This document shows positions 56,885-64,000 of a stretch of DNA of 64,000 nt, one piece after another; within the stretch, counting starts at the first letter, position 1; each line of letters opens with the position of its first letter. Origin of the DNA: Alphaproteobacteria bacterium (GTDB lineage Bacteria; Pseudomonadota; Alphaproteobacteria; UBA6615); contig JBFWVF010000009.1 in the NCBI GenBank assembly GCA_050246875.1, positions 165,097-229,096 of the forward strand, in the 5' to 3' direction. Under the pieces are notes generated by a model that made no database searches, had not been told where the DNA came from, and was given only the letters and a program-made list of their open reading frames with translations. The translations under genes were made by a program, and so were the position numbers.

Positions 56885-57652
56885 ATGCGGCTTAAGGACA
56901 AGTCGGCCATCGTCACCGGGGCCGCGCGAGGCATCGGCCTCGCCATCGCCACCGCCTATGCGCGCGAGGGCGCCTCGGTGCTCCTCGCCGACGTCGATTC
57001 GAGCGCCGTCGCCGCCGCGGCGGATGTCCTGCGAATGAGCGGTGCGCGAGTCGCCACGACGACGGCCGACGTGTCGCGCGCCGAGGCGGGTGAACACCTC
57101 GTTCGCGCCGCGACCGACGCGTTCGGCCGTCTCGACCTGCTGGTCAACAACGCCGGCATCGCCATCCGCAAGCCGTTCCTCGACTTCACGCTCGAGGAGT
57201 GGCAGCGGGTCATCGCGATCAACCTCACCGGCGCCTTCATCGTCGCCCAGGCGGCGACGCGGCACATGGCCGCGAACGGCGGCGGCGCCGTGGTCAACAT
57301 CACCTCGGTGTCGGGCGAGCGCGGCAATGTGGGTACGGCGGCCTACGGCGCCGCCAAGGCCGGGCTGGCGATGGTAACGAAGGTGATGGCCATCGACCTC
57401 GCCGAATACGGCATCCGCGTCAACGCGGTGGCGCCGGGTGCCGTCGAGACCGACCTCACCAAGGCGCTCCACACGCCGGCGCAGCGCGAGCAGTGGAAGG
57501 CCATCGTGCCGATGCAGCGCTACGCCCGGCCCGAGGAGATCGCCGACGCCGCGGTGTTCCTTGCGTCTGATGAGGCCAGCTATGTCACCGGCCATATCCT
57601 CGCGGTGGATGGCGGCTTCACGGCTTCGAAGCTGATGCCGGACCGGCGGTAG
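56885..57652 (+). CDS. Short-chain dehydrogenase/reductase (FabG-like)
   Basis: TGAARGIGLA cofactor motif and YGAAK (YxxxK) catalytic motif. ATG 56885. Confidence 0.9.
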   Translation: MRLKDKSAIVTGAARGIGLAIATAYAREGASVLLADVDSSAVAAAADVLRMSGARVATTTADVSRAEAGEHLVRAATDAFGRLDLLVNNAGIAIRKPFLDFTLEEWQRVIAINLTGAFIVAQAATRHMAANGGGAVVNITSVSGERGNVGTAAYGAAKAGLAMVTKVMAIDLAEYGIRVNAVAPGAVETDLTKALHTPAQREQWKAIVPMQRYARPEEIADAAVFLASDEASYVTGHILAVDGGFTASKLMPDRR

Positions 57653-57737
57653 ACGAAAGTGTGTTCGGGGGCGTTGCGGCACTGCCCGCGCGCTTGACAG
57701 GGTCCGGGCGGGGCCATACATGGGGCGCTCCCGGAAC

Positions 57738-57814
57738 GGGGGCGTAGCTCAGTTGGTTAGAGTGCCGGCCTGTCACGCCGGAGGTCGCGGGTTCGAGCCC
57801 CGTCGCTCCCGCCA
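57738..57814 (+). tRNA. tRNA-Asp (GTC)
   Basis: 77 nt. Acceptor GGGGGCG/CGCTCCC, anticodon arm CCGGC-CTGTCAC-GCCGG, CCA encoded. Confidence 0.95.
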
Positions 57815-58150
57815 TCCGGGGCCCGAATACGATCGGCGGCCGCCCACCGGGCAGGCCGCCGTTTCGATTCTCGGGCCCACGAATTGTGCAATGGCTTCAA
57901 TGCGCTGGCGCGGTTTCATGCGCGAACGCGACGGCGTGGCGGCTCGCCTTGCACGGTTCCCGGTGCTGGTGTAATGCTGCGCCGCACTTGCGCGGGAGGA
58001 AGGGTCCGTGCAGGCGGCGAATTGCGCGGTCGCATCCGTGTCCTCCCGGCCTTCTGACGGCAGTGGAGCGGCAGGGGCTGCGGCCGGGCCCTCGCACCGG
58101 GCGGGTCCGCCCGGTCGGGCGGCGGCGGGCAGACCCGGGCGAGAGGGCGG

Positions 58151-58516
58151 ATGGACAAGCTGCTCATCGAGTACCTGCCGATCCTGATCTTTCTCGGGAT
58201 TGCGGTGGGCCTCGCCGTGCTGATGATCAGCGCCTCGTGGCTGGTCGGCGCCCAGAAGCCCGACTCCGAGAAGAATTCGGCCTACGAGTGCGGCTTCGAG
58301 GCATTCGACGACGCCCGCACCCGCTTCGACGTGCGCTTCTACCTGGTCGCCATCCTGTTCATCATTTTCGACCTCGAGGTGGCCTTCCTCTTCCCGTGGG
58401 CCGTTGCGCTGTCCGACCTCGGCCTGTTCGGCTTCTGGTCGATGGTCGCCTTCCTCGGTGTGCTGACCGTCGGCTTCATCTACGAATGGAAGAAGGGGGC
58501 GCTGGAATGGGAATGA
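58151..58516 (+). CDS. nuoA: NADH-quinone oxidoreductase subunit A
   Basis: 121 aa, YECGFEAF...[15 protein letters not shown]. Confidence 0.95.
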   Translation: MDKLLIEYLPILIFLGIAVGLAVLMISASWLVGAQKPDSEKNSAYECGFEAFDDARTRFDVRFYLVAILFIIFDLEVAFLFPWAVALSDLGLFGFWSMVAFLGVLTVGFIYEWKKGALEWE

Positions 58517-59064
58517 GCCCCGCCACCGTCAGCGGCCTGCCGGCCGGCCCCGCCATGGCGCCCGACGAGGGCGCCGCCGTCCTGCGCAACGTCACCGAGG
58601 CGCTGGTCGAGAAGGGGTTCGTGACCGCCAGCCTCGACAAGCTGTTCGCCTGGGCGCGCACCGGCTCGCTGTGGCCGATGACGTTCGGCCTCGCCTGCTG
58701 CGCCGTCGAGATGATGCACACGGCCGCGTCGCGCTATGACCTCGACCGCTTCGGCATCGTCTTCCGGCCGAGCCCGCGCCAGTCCGACGTGATGATCGTC
58801 GCCGGCACGCTGACCAACAAGATGGCCCCGGCGCTGCGCAAAGTCTACGACCAGATGGCCGAGCCGCGCTGGGTCATCTCCATGGGTTCCTGCGCCAACG
58901 GCGGCGGCTACTACCACTACTCCTACTCGGTGGTGCGCGGCTGCGACCGCATCGTGCCGGTCGACATCTACGTGCCCGGCTGCCCGCCGACCGCCGAGGC
59001 GCTGCTGTACGGCATCCTGCAGTTGCAGCGGAAAATCCGCCGCACCGCGACGATCGCCCGCTGA
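58507..59064 (+). CDS. nuoB: NADH-quinone oxidoreductase subunit B
   Basis: [10 protein letters not shown]...[10 protein letters not shown]...VPGCPP cluster-N2 cysteines. Start is ATG 58507 or ATG 58513 (ATGA overlap with nuoA). The track ORF 57886..59064 is over-extended. Confidence 0.93.
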   Translation: MGMSPATVSGLPAGPAMAPDEGAAVLRNVTEALVEKGFVTASLDKLFAWARTGSLWPMTFGLACCAVEMMHTAASRYDLDRFGIVFRPSPRQSDVMIVAGTLTNKMAPALRKVYDQMAEPRWVISMGSCANGGGYYHYSYSVVRGCDRIVPVDIYVPGCPPTAEALLYGILQLQRKIRRTATIAR

Positions 59065-59085
59065 CCCGTACCCGGATCGCCCGTC

Positions 59086-59709
59086 ATGAACCCGGCCCTC
59101 AAGGACCTTGGCGATCTGGTCGCGGCGGCGCTGCCGCAGGACGTGATCCGTACCGAGCAGGTACATGACGAGCTGATCGTCCATGCGCGCGCGGCGGCCA
59201 TCGCCGGCGTGCTGACCTTCCTGCGCGACAACTCGAACTGCCAGTGCAAGGTGCTGGTCGACATCTGCGGCGTCGACTGGCCGGGCCGCCTGCCGCGCTT
59301 CGAGGTCGTCTACAACCTGCTGTCGGTGGCCCAGAACCATCGCGTGCGGGTGAAGATCGCCGTGGAGGAGGGGGCGCCCGTTCCGACGGTCACCGGCGTG
59401 TTCTCCTCGGCCGGCTGGTACGAGCGCGAGACGTGGGATCTCTACGGCATTCCCTTCGCCGACCATCCCGACCTGCGCCGCCTGCTGACCGACTACGGCT
59501 TCGAGGGGCACCCGCTGCGCAAGGACTTCCCGCTCACCGGCCGCGTCGAGGTGCGCTGGGACGAGGTGGCCAAGCGGGTCGTCTACGATCCCGTCAAACT
59601 GACCCAGGACTTCCGTACCTTCGACTTCCTGTCGCCGTGGGAGGGCATGACCCGCCTGCTGCCCGGCGACGAGAAGGCCGAACCGGCCAAGGGGAGCGGC
59701 GGCCAGTGA
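59086..59709 (+). CDS. nuoC: NADH-quinone oxidoreductase subunit C
   Basis: 207 aa, [37 protein letters not shown]. Confidence 0.95.
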   Translation: MNPALKDLGDLVAAALPQDVIRTEQVHDELIVHARAAAIAGVLTFLRDNSNCQCKVLVDICGVDWPGRLPRFEVVYNLLSVAQNHRVRVKIAVEEGAPVPTVTGVFSSAGWYERETWDLYGIPFADHPDLRRLLTDYGFEGHPLRKDFPLTGRVEVRWDEVAKRVVYDPVKLTQDFRTFDFLSPWEGMTRLLPGDEKAEPAKGSGGQ

Positions 59710-60887
59710 GCGGCGAAGTCGCCATCAAGAACATGACGCTCAACTTCGGGCCGCAGCATCCGGCGGCTCACGGGGTGCTGCGTCTGGTGCTGGAGATGGA
59801 CGGCGAGGTCGTCGAGCGCGCCGACCCGCATATCGGCCTGCTGCATCGCGGCACCGAAAAGCTGATCGAGTACAAGACGTACCTGCAGGCGGTGCCGTAT
59901 TTCGACCGCCTCGATTACGTCTCGCCGATGTGCCAGGAGCACACCTTCGCGCTGGCCGTCGAGAAGCTGCTCGGCATCGAGGCGCCGCCGCGCGCCCAGA
60001 TGATCCGCGTGATGTTCTCCGAGATCACTCGGTTGCTGAACCACATCCTCAACCTCACGGCCTACGCGCTCGACGTCGGCGCCATGACGCCGCTGCTGTG
60101 GGGCTTCGAGGAACGCGAGCGGATGATGGAGTTCTACGAGCGCGCGTCGGGCGCGCGCCTTCACGCCGCCTACTTTCGCCCCGGCGGCGTGCAGCGCGAC
60201 GTGCCGCCGGCCCTCGTCGACGACATCGCCGCGTTCTGTCGCACCTTCCCCAAGTTCATCGACGACATGGAAGCGCTGCTGACGGAAAACCGCATCTTCA
60301 AGCAGCGCACGGTCGACATCGGCATCATGTCGGCGGAGCAGGCTCTCGACTGGGGCATGAGCGGCCCTGTGCTGCGCGCCTCCGGCGTCGCCTGGGACCT
60401 GCGCAAGGCGCAGCCCTACGACGGTTACGACAGGCTCGATTTCGACATTCCGGTCGGCAAGACCGGCGACTGCTACGCGCGCTACCTCGTCCGCGTCGAG
60501 GAGATGCGCCAGAGCCTGCGCATCATCGAGCAGTGCGTCACGGCGCTGCCCGACGGCCCGGTGATGGCGCCCGACCACAAGATCACGCCGCCGCGCCGCG
60601 CCGAGATGAAGCGCTCCATGGAAGCGCTCATCCACCACTTCAAGCTCTACACCGAGGGCTATCACGTGCCCGCGGGCGAGACCTACAGCGCCGTCGAGGC
60701 CCCCAAGGGCGAGTTCGGCGTCTACCTCGTCGCCGACGGCAGCAACCGGCCGTACCGCTGCAAGATCCGCGCGCCGGGATTCGCCTTCCTGCAGGCCCTC
60801 GACATGCTGTCGCGCGGCCACATGCTGGCCGACGTCCCGGCCATCATCGGCAGCCTCGACATCGTGTTCGGCGAGATCGACCGATGA
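59706..60887 (+). CDS. nuoD: NADH-quinone oxidoreductase subunit D
   Basis: The GTG start overlaps the nuoC stop (GTGA). [25 protein letters not shown]. Confidence 0.95.
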   Translation: MSGEVAIKNMTLNFGPQHPAAHGVLRLVLEMDGEVVERADPHIGLLHRGTEKLIEYKTYLQAVPYFDRLDYVSPMCQEHTFALAVEKLLGIEAPPRAQMIRVMFSEITRLLNHILNLTAYALDVGAMTPLLWGFEERERMMEFYERASGARLHAAYFRPGGVQRDVPPALVDDIAAFCRTFPKFIDDMEALLTENRIFKQRTVDIGIMSAEQALDWGMSGPVLRASGVAWDLRKAQPYDGYDRLDFDIPVGKTGDCYARYLVRVEEMRQSLRIIEQCVTALPDGPVMAPDHKITPPRRAEMKRSMEALIHHFKLYTEGYHVPAGETYSAVEAPKGEFGVYLVADGSNRPYRCKIRAPGFAFLQALDMLSRGHMLADVPAIIGSLDIVFGEIDR

Positions 60888-61480
60888 ATGCAGAGACGAC
60901 CACCTTCGCCTTCGACGCCGCGAGCCTGGAGCGGGCGCGGACGATCGTCGCCCGCTACCCCGAGGGGCGGCAGGCCAGCGCCGTGATCCCGCTGCTCGAC
61001 CTGGCGCAGCGCCAGAACGGCGGCTGGCTGTCGCAGGCGGCGATCGAGCATGTCGCCGATTTCCTCGGGATGCCGCGCATGCGCGCCATGGAGGTCGCGA
61101 CCTTCTACACGATGTTCATCCGCCGCCCGGTCGGAGATAACCTCGTGCAGCTCTGCCGCACGACGCCGTGCTGGCTGCGCGGCAGCGACGCGATTCGCGA
61201 CGCCGTGCTGGCCGAGGCCGGCTGCGGCCTCAACGAGACCAGCGCCGACGGCAAGTTCACGGTGATCGAGGTCGAGTGCCTCGGCGCCTGCTGCAATGCG
61301 CCGATGATCCAGATCGGCGATCATTTCTACGAGGACCTGACGCCCGAGCGGACGCGCGAGATCATCGCCGAACTGCGCCGCGGCGAGGCGCCGAAGCAGG
61401 GCTCCCAGACCGGCCGCCAGAGTTCCGAGCCGTCCGGCGGTCTGACGACGCTAACCTCCGCCCCGGCGGGAGGCCAGTGA
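60884..61480 (+). CDS. nuoE: NADH-quinone oxidoreductase subunit E
   Basis: ATGA overlap with nuoD. 2Fe-2S cysteines in [10 protein letters not shown]...CLGACCNAP. Confidence 0.95.
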   Translation: MNAETTTFAFDAASLERARTIVARYPEGRQASAVIPLLDLAQRQNGGWLSQAAIEHVADFLGMPRMRAMEVATFYTMFIRRPVGDNLVQLCRTTPCWLRGSDAIRDAVLAEAGCGLNETSADGKFTVIEVECLGACCNAPMIQIGDHFYEDLTPERTREIIAELRRGEAPKQGSQTGRQSSEPSGGLTTLTSAPAGGQ

Positions 61481-62775
61481 TGCTGCGCGACGAAGACCGC
61501 ATCTTCCGTAACCTCTACGGTCTCGACGACTGGCGGCTGGCCGGTGCGCGCCGGCGCGGCATCTGGGACAACACGAAGGCGCTGCTCGACCTCGGCCGCG
61601 ACAAGATCGTCGACGAGATCAAGGCGTCGAACCTGCGCGGCCGGGGCGGCGCAGGATTCCCGACCGGGCTCAAGTGGTCGTTCATGCCGAAGCAGTCCGA
61701 CGGCCGGCCGAGCTACCTCGTCGTCAACGCCGACGAGTCCGAGCCGGGTACCTGCAAGGATCGCGAGATCCTGCGCAATGACCCGCACATCCTGCTCGAA
61801 GGCTGCCTCGTCGCCGGCTTCGCGATGGGTGCCAACGCCTGCTACATCTACATCCGAGGCGAGTTCTACGACGAGGCCTCGAACGTCCAGCAGGCCATCG
61901 ACGAGGCCTACGCGGCCGGGCTGCTCGGCCGCAACGCCTGCGGCTCGGGCTGGGACTACGACATCTATCTCCATCGCGGCGCCGGCGCCTACATCTGCGG
62001 CGAGGAGACGGGGCTGCTCGAAAGCCTCGAGGGCAAGAAGGGCCAGCCGCGCCTCAAGCCGCCGTTCCCCGCCGCCTGCGGCCTCTATGGCTGCCCGACG
62101 ACGGTGAACAACGTCGAGACCATCGCCGTCGCGCCGACCATCCTGCGGCGCGGAGCGTCGTGGTTCACGAAGTTCGGCCGCGACAAGAACAACGGCACCA
62201 AGATCTTCTGCATCAGCGGGCACGTGAACAATCCGTGCAACGTCGAAGAGGCGATGTCGATCCCGCTGAAGGAGCTGATCGAGAAGCATGCCGGCGGCGT
62301 GCGTGGCGGCTGGGACAACCTGCTGGCGGTCATTCCCGGCGGGTCGTCGACGCCGATGCTGCCGCGCTCGATCTGCGACACCGTGCTGATGGATTTCGAC
62401 GCGCTGCGCGAGGTCAGTTCGGGCCTCGGCACGGCTGCCGTCATCGTCATGGACAAGTCGACCGACATCGTCGAGGCGATCGCCCGCCTGTCGCATTTCT
62501 ACCAGCATGAAAGCTGCGGCCAGTGCACGCCCTGCCGAGAGGGCATGGGCTGGGTCTACCGCGTCATGAAGCGGATGGTCACCGGCGATGCCGAGGTGCG
62601 CGAGATCGACATGCTGTGGGAGCTGACCAAGCAGATCGAGGGCCACACCATCTGCGCGCTCGCCGACGGCGGCGTCTGGCCGGTGCAGGGCCTGATCCGG
62701 CATTTCCGCCCGGAAATGGAGCGCCGCATCCTCGCGCGCAGGCAGGCGGCGCCCATCGCCGCTGCGGCCGAGTAG
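61480..62775 (+). CDS. nuoF: NADH-quinone oxidoreductase subunit F
   Basis: TGATG overlap with nuo[18 protein letters not shown] motif and [12 protein letters not shown]. Confidence 0.95.
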   Translation: MLRDEDRIFRNLYGLDDWRLAGARRRGIWDNTKALLDLGRDKIVDEIKASNLRGRGGAGFPTGLKWSFMPKQSDGRPSYLVVNADESEPGTCKDREILRNDPHILLEGCLVAGFAMGANACYIYIRGEFYDEASNVQQAIDEAYAAGLLGRNACGSGWDYDIYLHRGAGAYICGEETGLLESLEGKKGQPRLKPPFPAACGLYGCPTTVNNVETIAVAPTILRRGASWFTKFGRDKNNGTKIFCISGHVNNPCNVEEAMSIPLKELIEKHAGGVRGGWDNLLAVIPGGSSTPMLPRSICDTVLMDFDALREVSSGLGTAAVIVMDKSTDIVEAIARLSHFYQHESCGQCTPCREGMGWVYRVMKRMVTGDAEVREIDMLWELTKQIEGHTICALADGGVWPVQGLIRHFRPEMERRILARRQAAPIAAAAE

Positions 62776-62790
62776 GCGGGGGAACGCGCC

Positions 62791-64000
62791 ATGCCGAAGG
62801 TCACGATCGACGGCGTCGAGCACGAGGTGCCCGCGGGCATCACCGTGCTGCAGGCGTGCGAGATGGCGGGCAAGGAAATCCCGCGCTTCTGTTATCACGA
62901 GCGCCTGTCGGTCGCCGGCAATTGCCGCATGTGCCTCGTCGAGGTGCAGCCCGGGCCGCCCAAGCCGCAGGCGTCGTGCGCGCTGCCGGTCGGCGAGGGC
63001 ATGAAGATCCTCACCGCCTCGCCGATGGTCGAGAAAGCCCGGCACGGCGTGATGGAGTTCCTGCTGATCAACCATCCGCTCGACTGCCCCATCTGCGACC
63101 AGGGCGGCGAGTGCGACCTGCAGGACCAGTCGATGGCTTACGGCCACGACCACTCGCGCTTCCACGAGCACAAGCGCGCCGTGCCCGACAAGTACATGGG
63201 CCCGTTGATCAAGACGGTGATGACGCGCTGCATCCACTGCACGCGCTGCGTCCGCTTCGCGCAGGAGGTCGCCGGCGTTCCCGAGCTCGGCATGCTCTAT
63301 CGCGGCGAGCACGCGGAGATCACCACCTACCTCGAGAAGGCGCTGGCCTCCGAAGTGTCGGCCAACGTGATCGACCTATGCCCGGTCGGCGCGCTGACCT
63401 CGAAGCCCTATGCCTTCGTCGCGCGGCCGTGGGAACTGGCGCGCACGGAATCGGTCGACGTGCTCGATGCGGTCGGCGCGGCGATCCGCGTCGACGCCCG
63501 CATGACCGAAGTGCTGCGCGTCCTGCCGCGCCTCAACGAGGACGTCAACGAGGAGTGGCTGTCGGACAAGTCGCGCTACGCCTGCGACGGCCTTGCCCGC
63601 CAGCGCCTCGACCGCCCCTATGTCCGTCGCGACGGCAAGCTGCAGGAAGCGACGTGGCAGGAAGCCTTCGCGGCCATCGCGGCGCGCGTGAAGGGCGTTT
63701 CCGGCAGCCGCATCGCCGCCATCGCCGGCGACCAGTGCGACGCCGAAGCGATGGTCGCGCTCAAGGACCTGATGGTGCGTCTGGGTTCGACCAACATCGA
63801 CTGCCGCCAGGACGGCGCGCGCCTCGATGCCGGCAACCGGGCGGGCTATCTGCTCAACTCGACCATTGCCGGGCTGGAGACGGCCGACGCAGTGCTGCTG
63901 GTCGGCTGCGACCCGCGTCACGAGGCGGCGCTGGTCAACACCCGCCTGCGCAAGGCTTGGCTGCGTGGCGGCATGAAGGGGGCCTCGATCGGCCCCGAGA
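62791..64000 (+). CDS. nuoG: NADH-quinone oxidoreductase subunit G, N-terminal part (3' end outside window)
   Basis: It is not in the ORF track (no stop in the window). Translation from ATG 62791 gives [24 protein letters not shown]...[19 protein letters not shown]...[18 protein letters not shown]. Confidence 0.95.
   Translation, partial: MPKVTIDGVEHEVPAGITVLQACEMAGKEIPRFCYHERLSVAGNCRMCLVEVQPGPPKPQASCALPVGEGMKILTASPMVEKARHGVMEFLLINHPLDCPICDQGGECDLQDQSMAYGHDHSRFHEHKRAVPDKYMGPLIKTVMTRCIHCTRCVRFAQEVAGVPELGMLYRGEHAEITTYLEKALASEVSANVIDLCPVGALTSKPYAFVARPWELARTESVDVLDAVGAAIRVDARMTEVLRVLPRLNEDVNEEWLSDKSRYACDGLARQRLDRPYVRRDGKLQEATWQEAFAAIAARVKGVSGSRIAAIAGDQCDAEAMVALKDLMVRLGSTNIDCRQDGARLDAGNRAGYLLNSTIAGLETADAVLLVGCDPRHEAALVNTRLRKAWLRGGMKGASIGPE

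Noticed and set aside
57886-58506. Upstream extension of the nuoB ORF (track ORF 57886..59064) overlapping nuoA
   Set aside because: This frame overlaps the well-supported nuoA gene and the nuo leader. NuoB similarity starts at MGMSPATV (58507/58513).

Overview
Very GC-rich, densely coding chromosomal segment with alphaproteobacterial gene order. I found no transposases, integrases, phage genes, CRISPR arrays or recognisable defense operons. The left ~34.8 kb is an accessory/catabolic mosaic. It holds three tandem DctP-type TRAP solute-binding paralogs and a methyltransferase / sulfotransferase-SGNH-RidA tailoring module. It also holds a 691-aa RTX protein, an amidase-fold protein lacking its catalytic triad, and an eight-gene minus-strand cluster (IlvD/Edd dehydratase, reductase, three FAH paralogs, quinone oxidoreductase, VOC, acyl-CoA dehydrogenase) punctuated by REP-like palindromes. 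Further right are a VOC / glutathionyl-hydroquinone reductase / CMD / CoxL-like operon, a LysR-controlled amidohydrolase + NifU-like pair, an MFS transporter and a duplicated pentapeptide-repeat protein. The right ~29 kb is conserved core: rhlE, a TPR-GT41 glycosyltransferase, parE, glnB-glnA with a sigma-54 promoter, an aminotransferase pair, nnr, tig-clpP-clpX-lon-hupB, an SDR, four tRNAs (His, Leu, Val, Asp) and nuoA-nuoG (nuoG runs off the window). I did not find a clear novel multi-gene system. The items most worth follow-up are: two apparent pseudoenzymes (amidase-fold without Lys/Ser/Ser; aminotransferase-fold with no usable lysine); an RTX protein with a His/Asp/Gly/Arg-rich N-terminus; a trigger factor with a (His-Asp)n tail; an orphan 3-TM protein resembling Pycsar/DUF5706 effectors; a CoxL-like molybdoenzyme subunit with no partner subunits; and a family of 29-nt hairpin repeats. 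Many very long ORFs in the track (up to 1389 aa) are antisense or alternate-frame artefacts of the high GC content.
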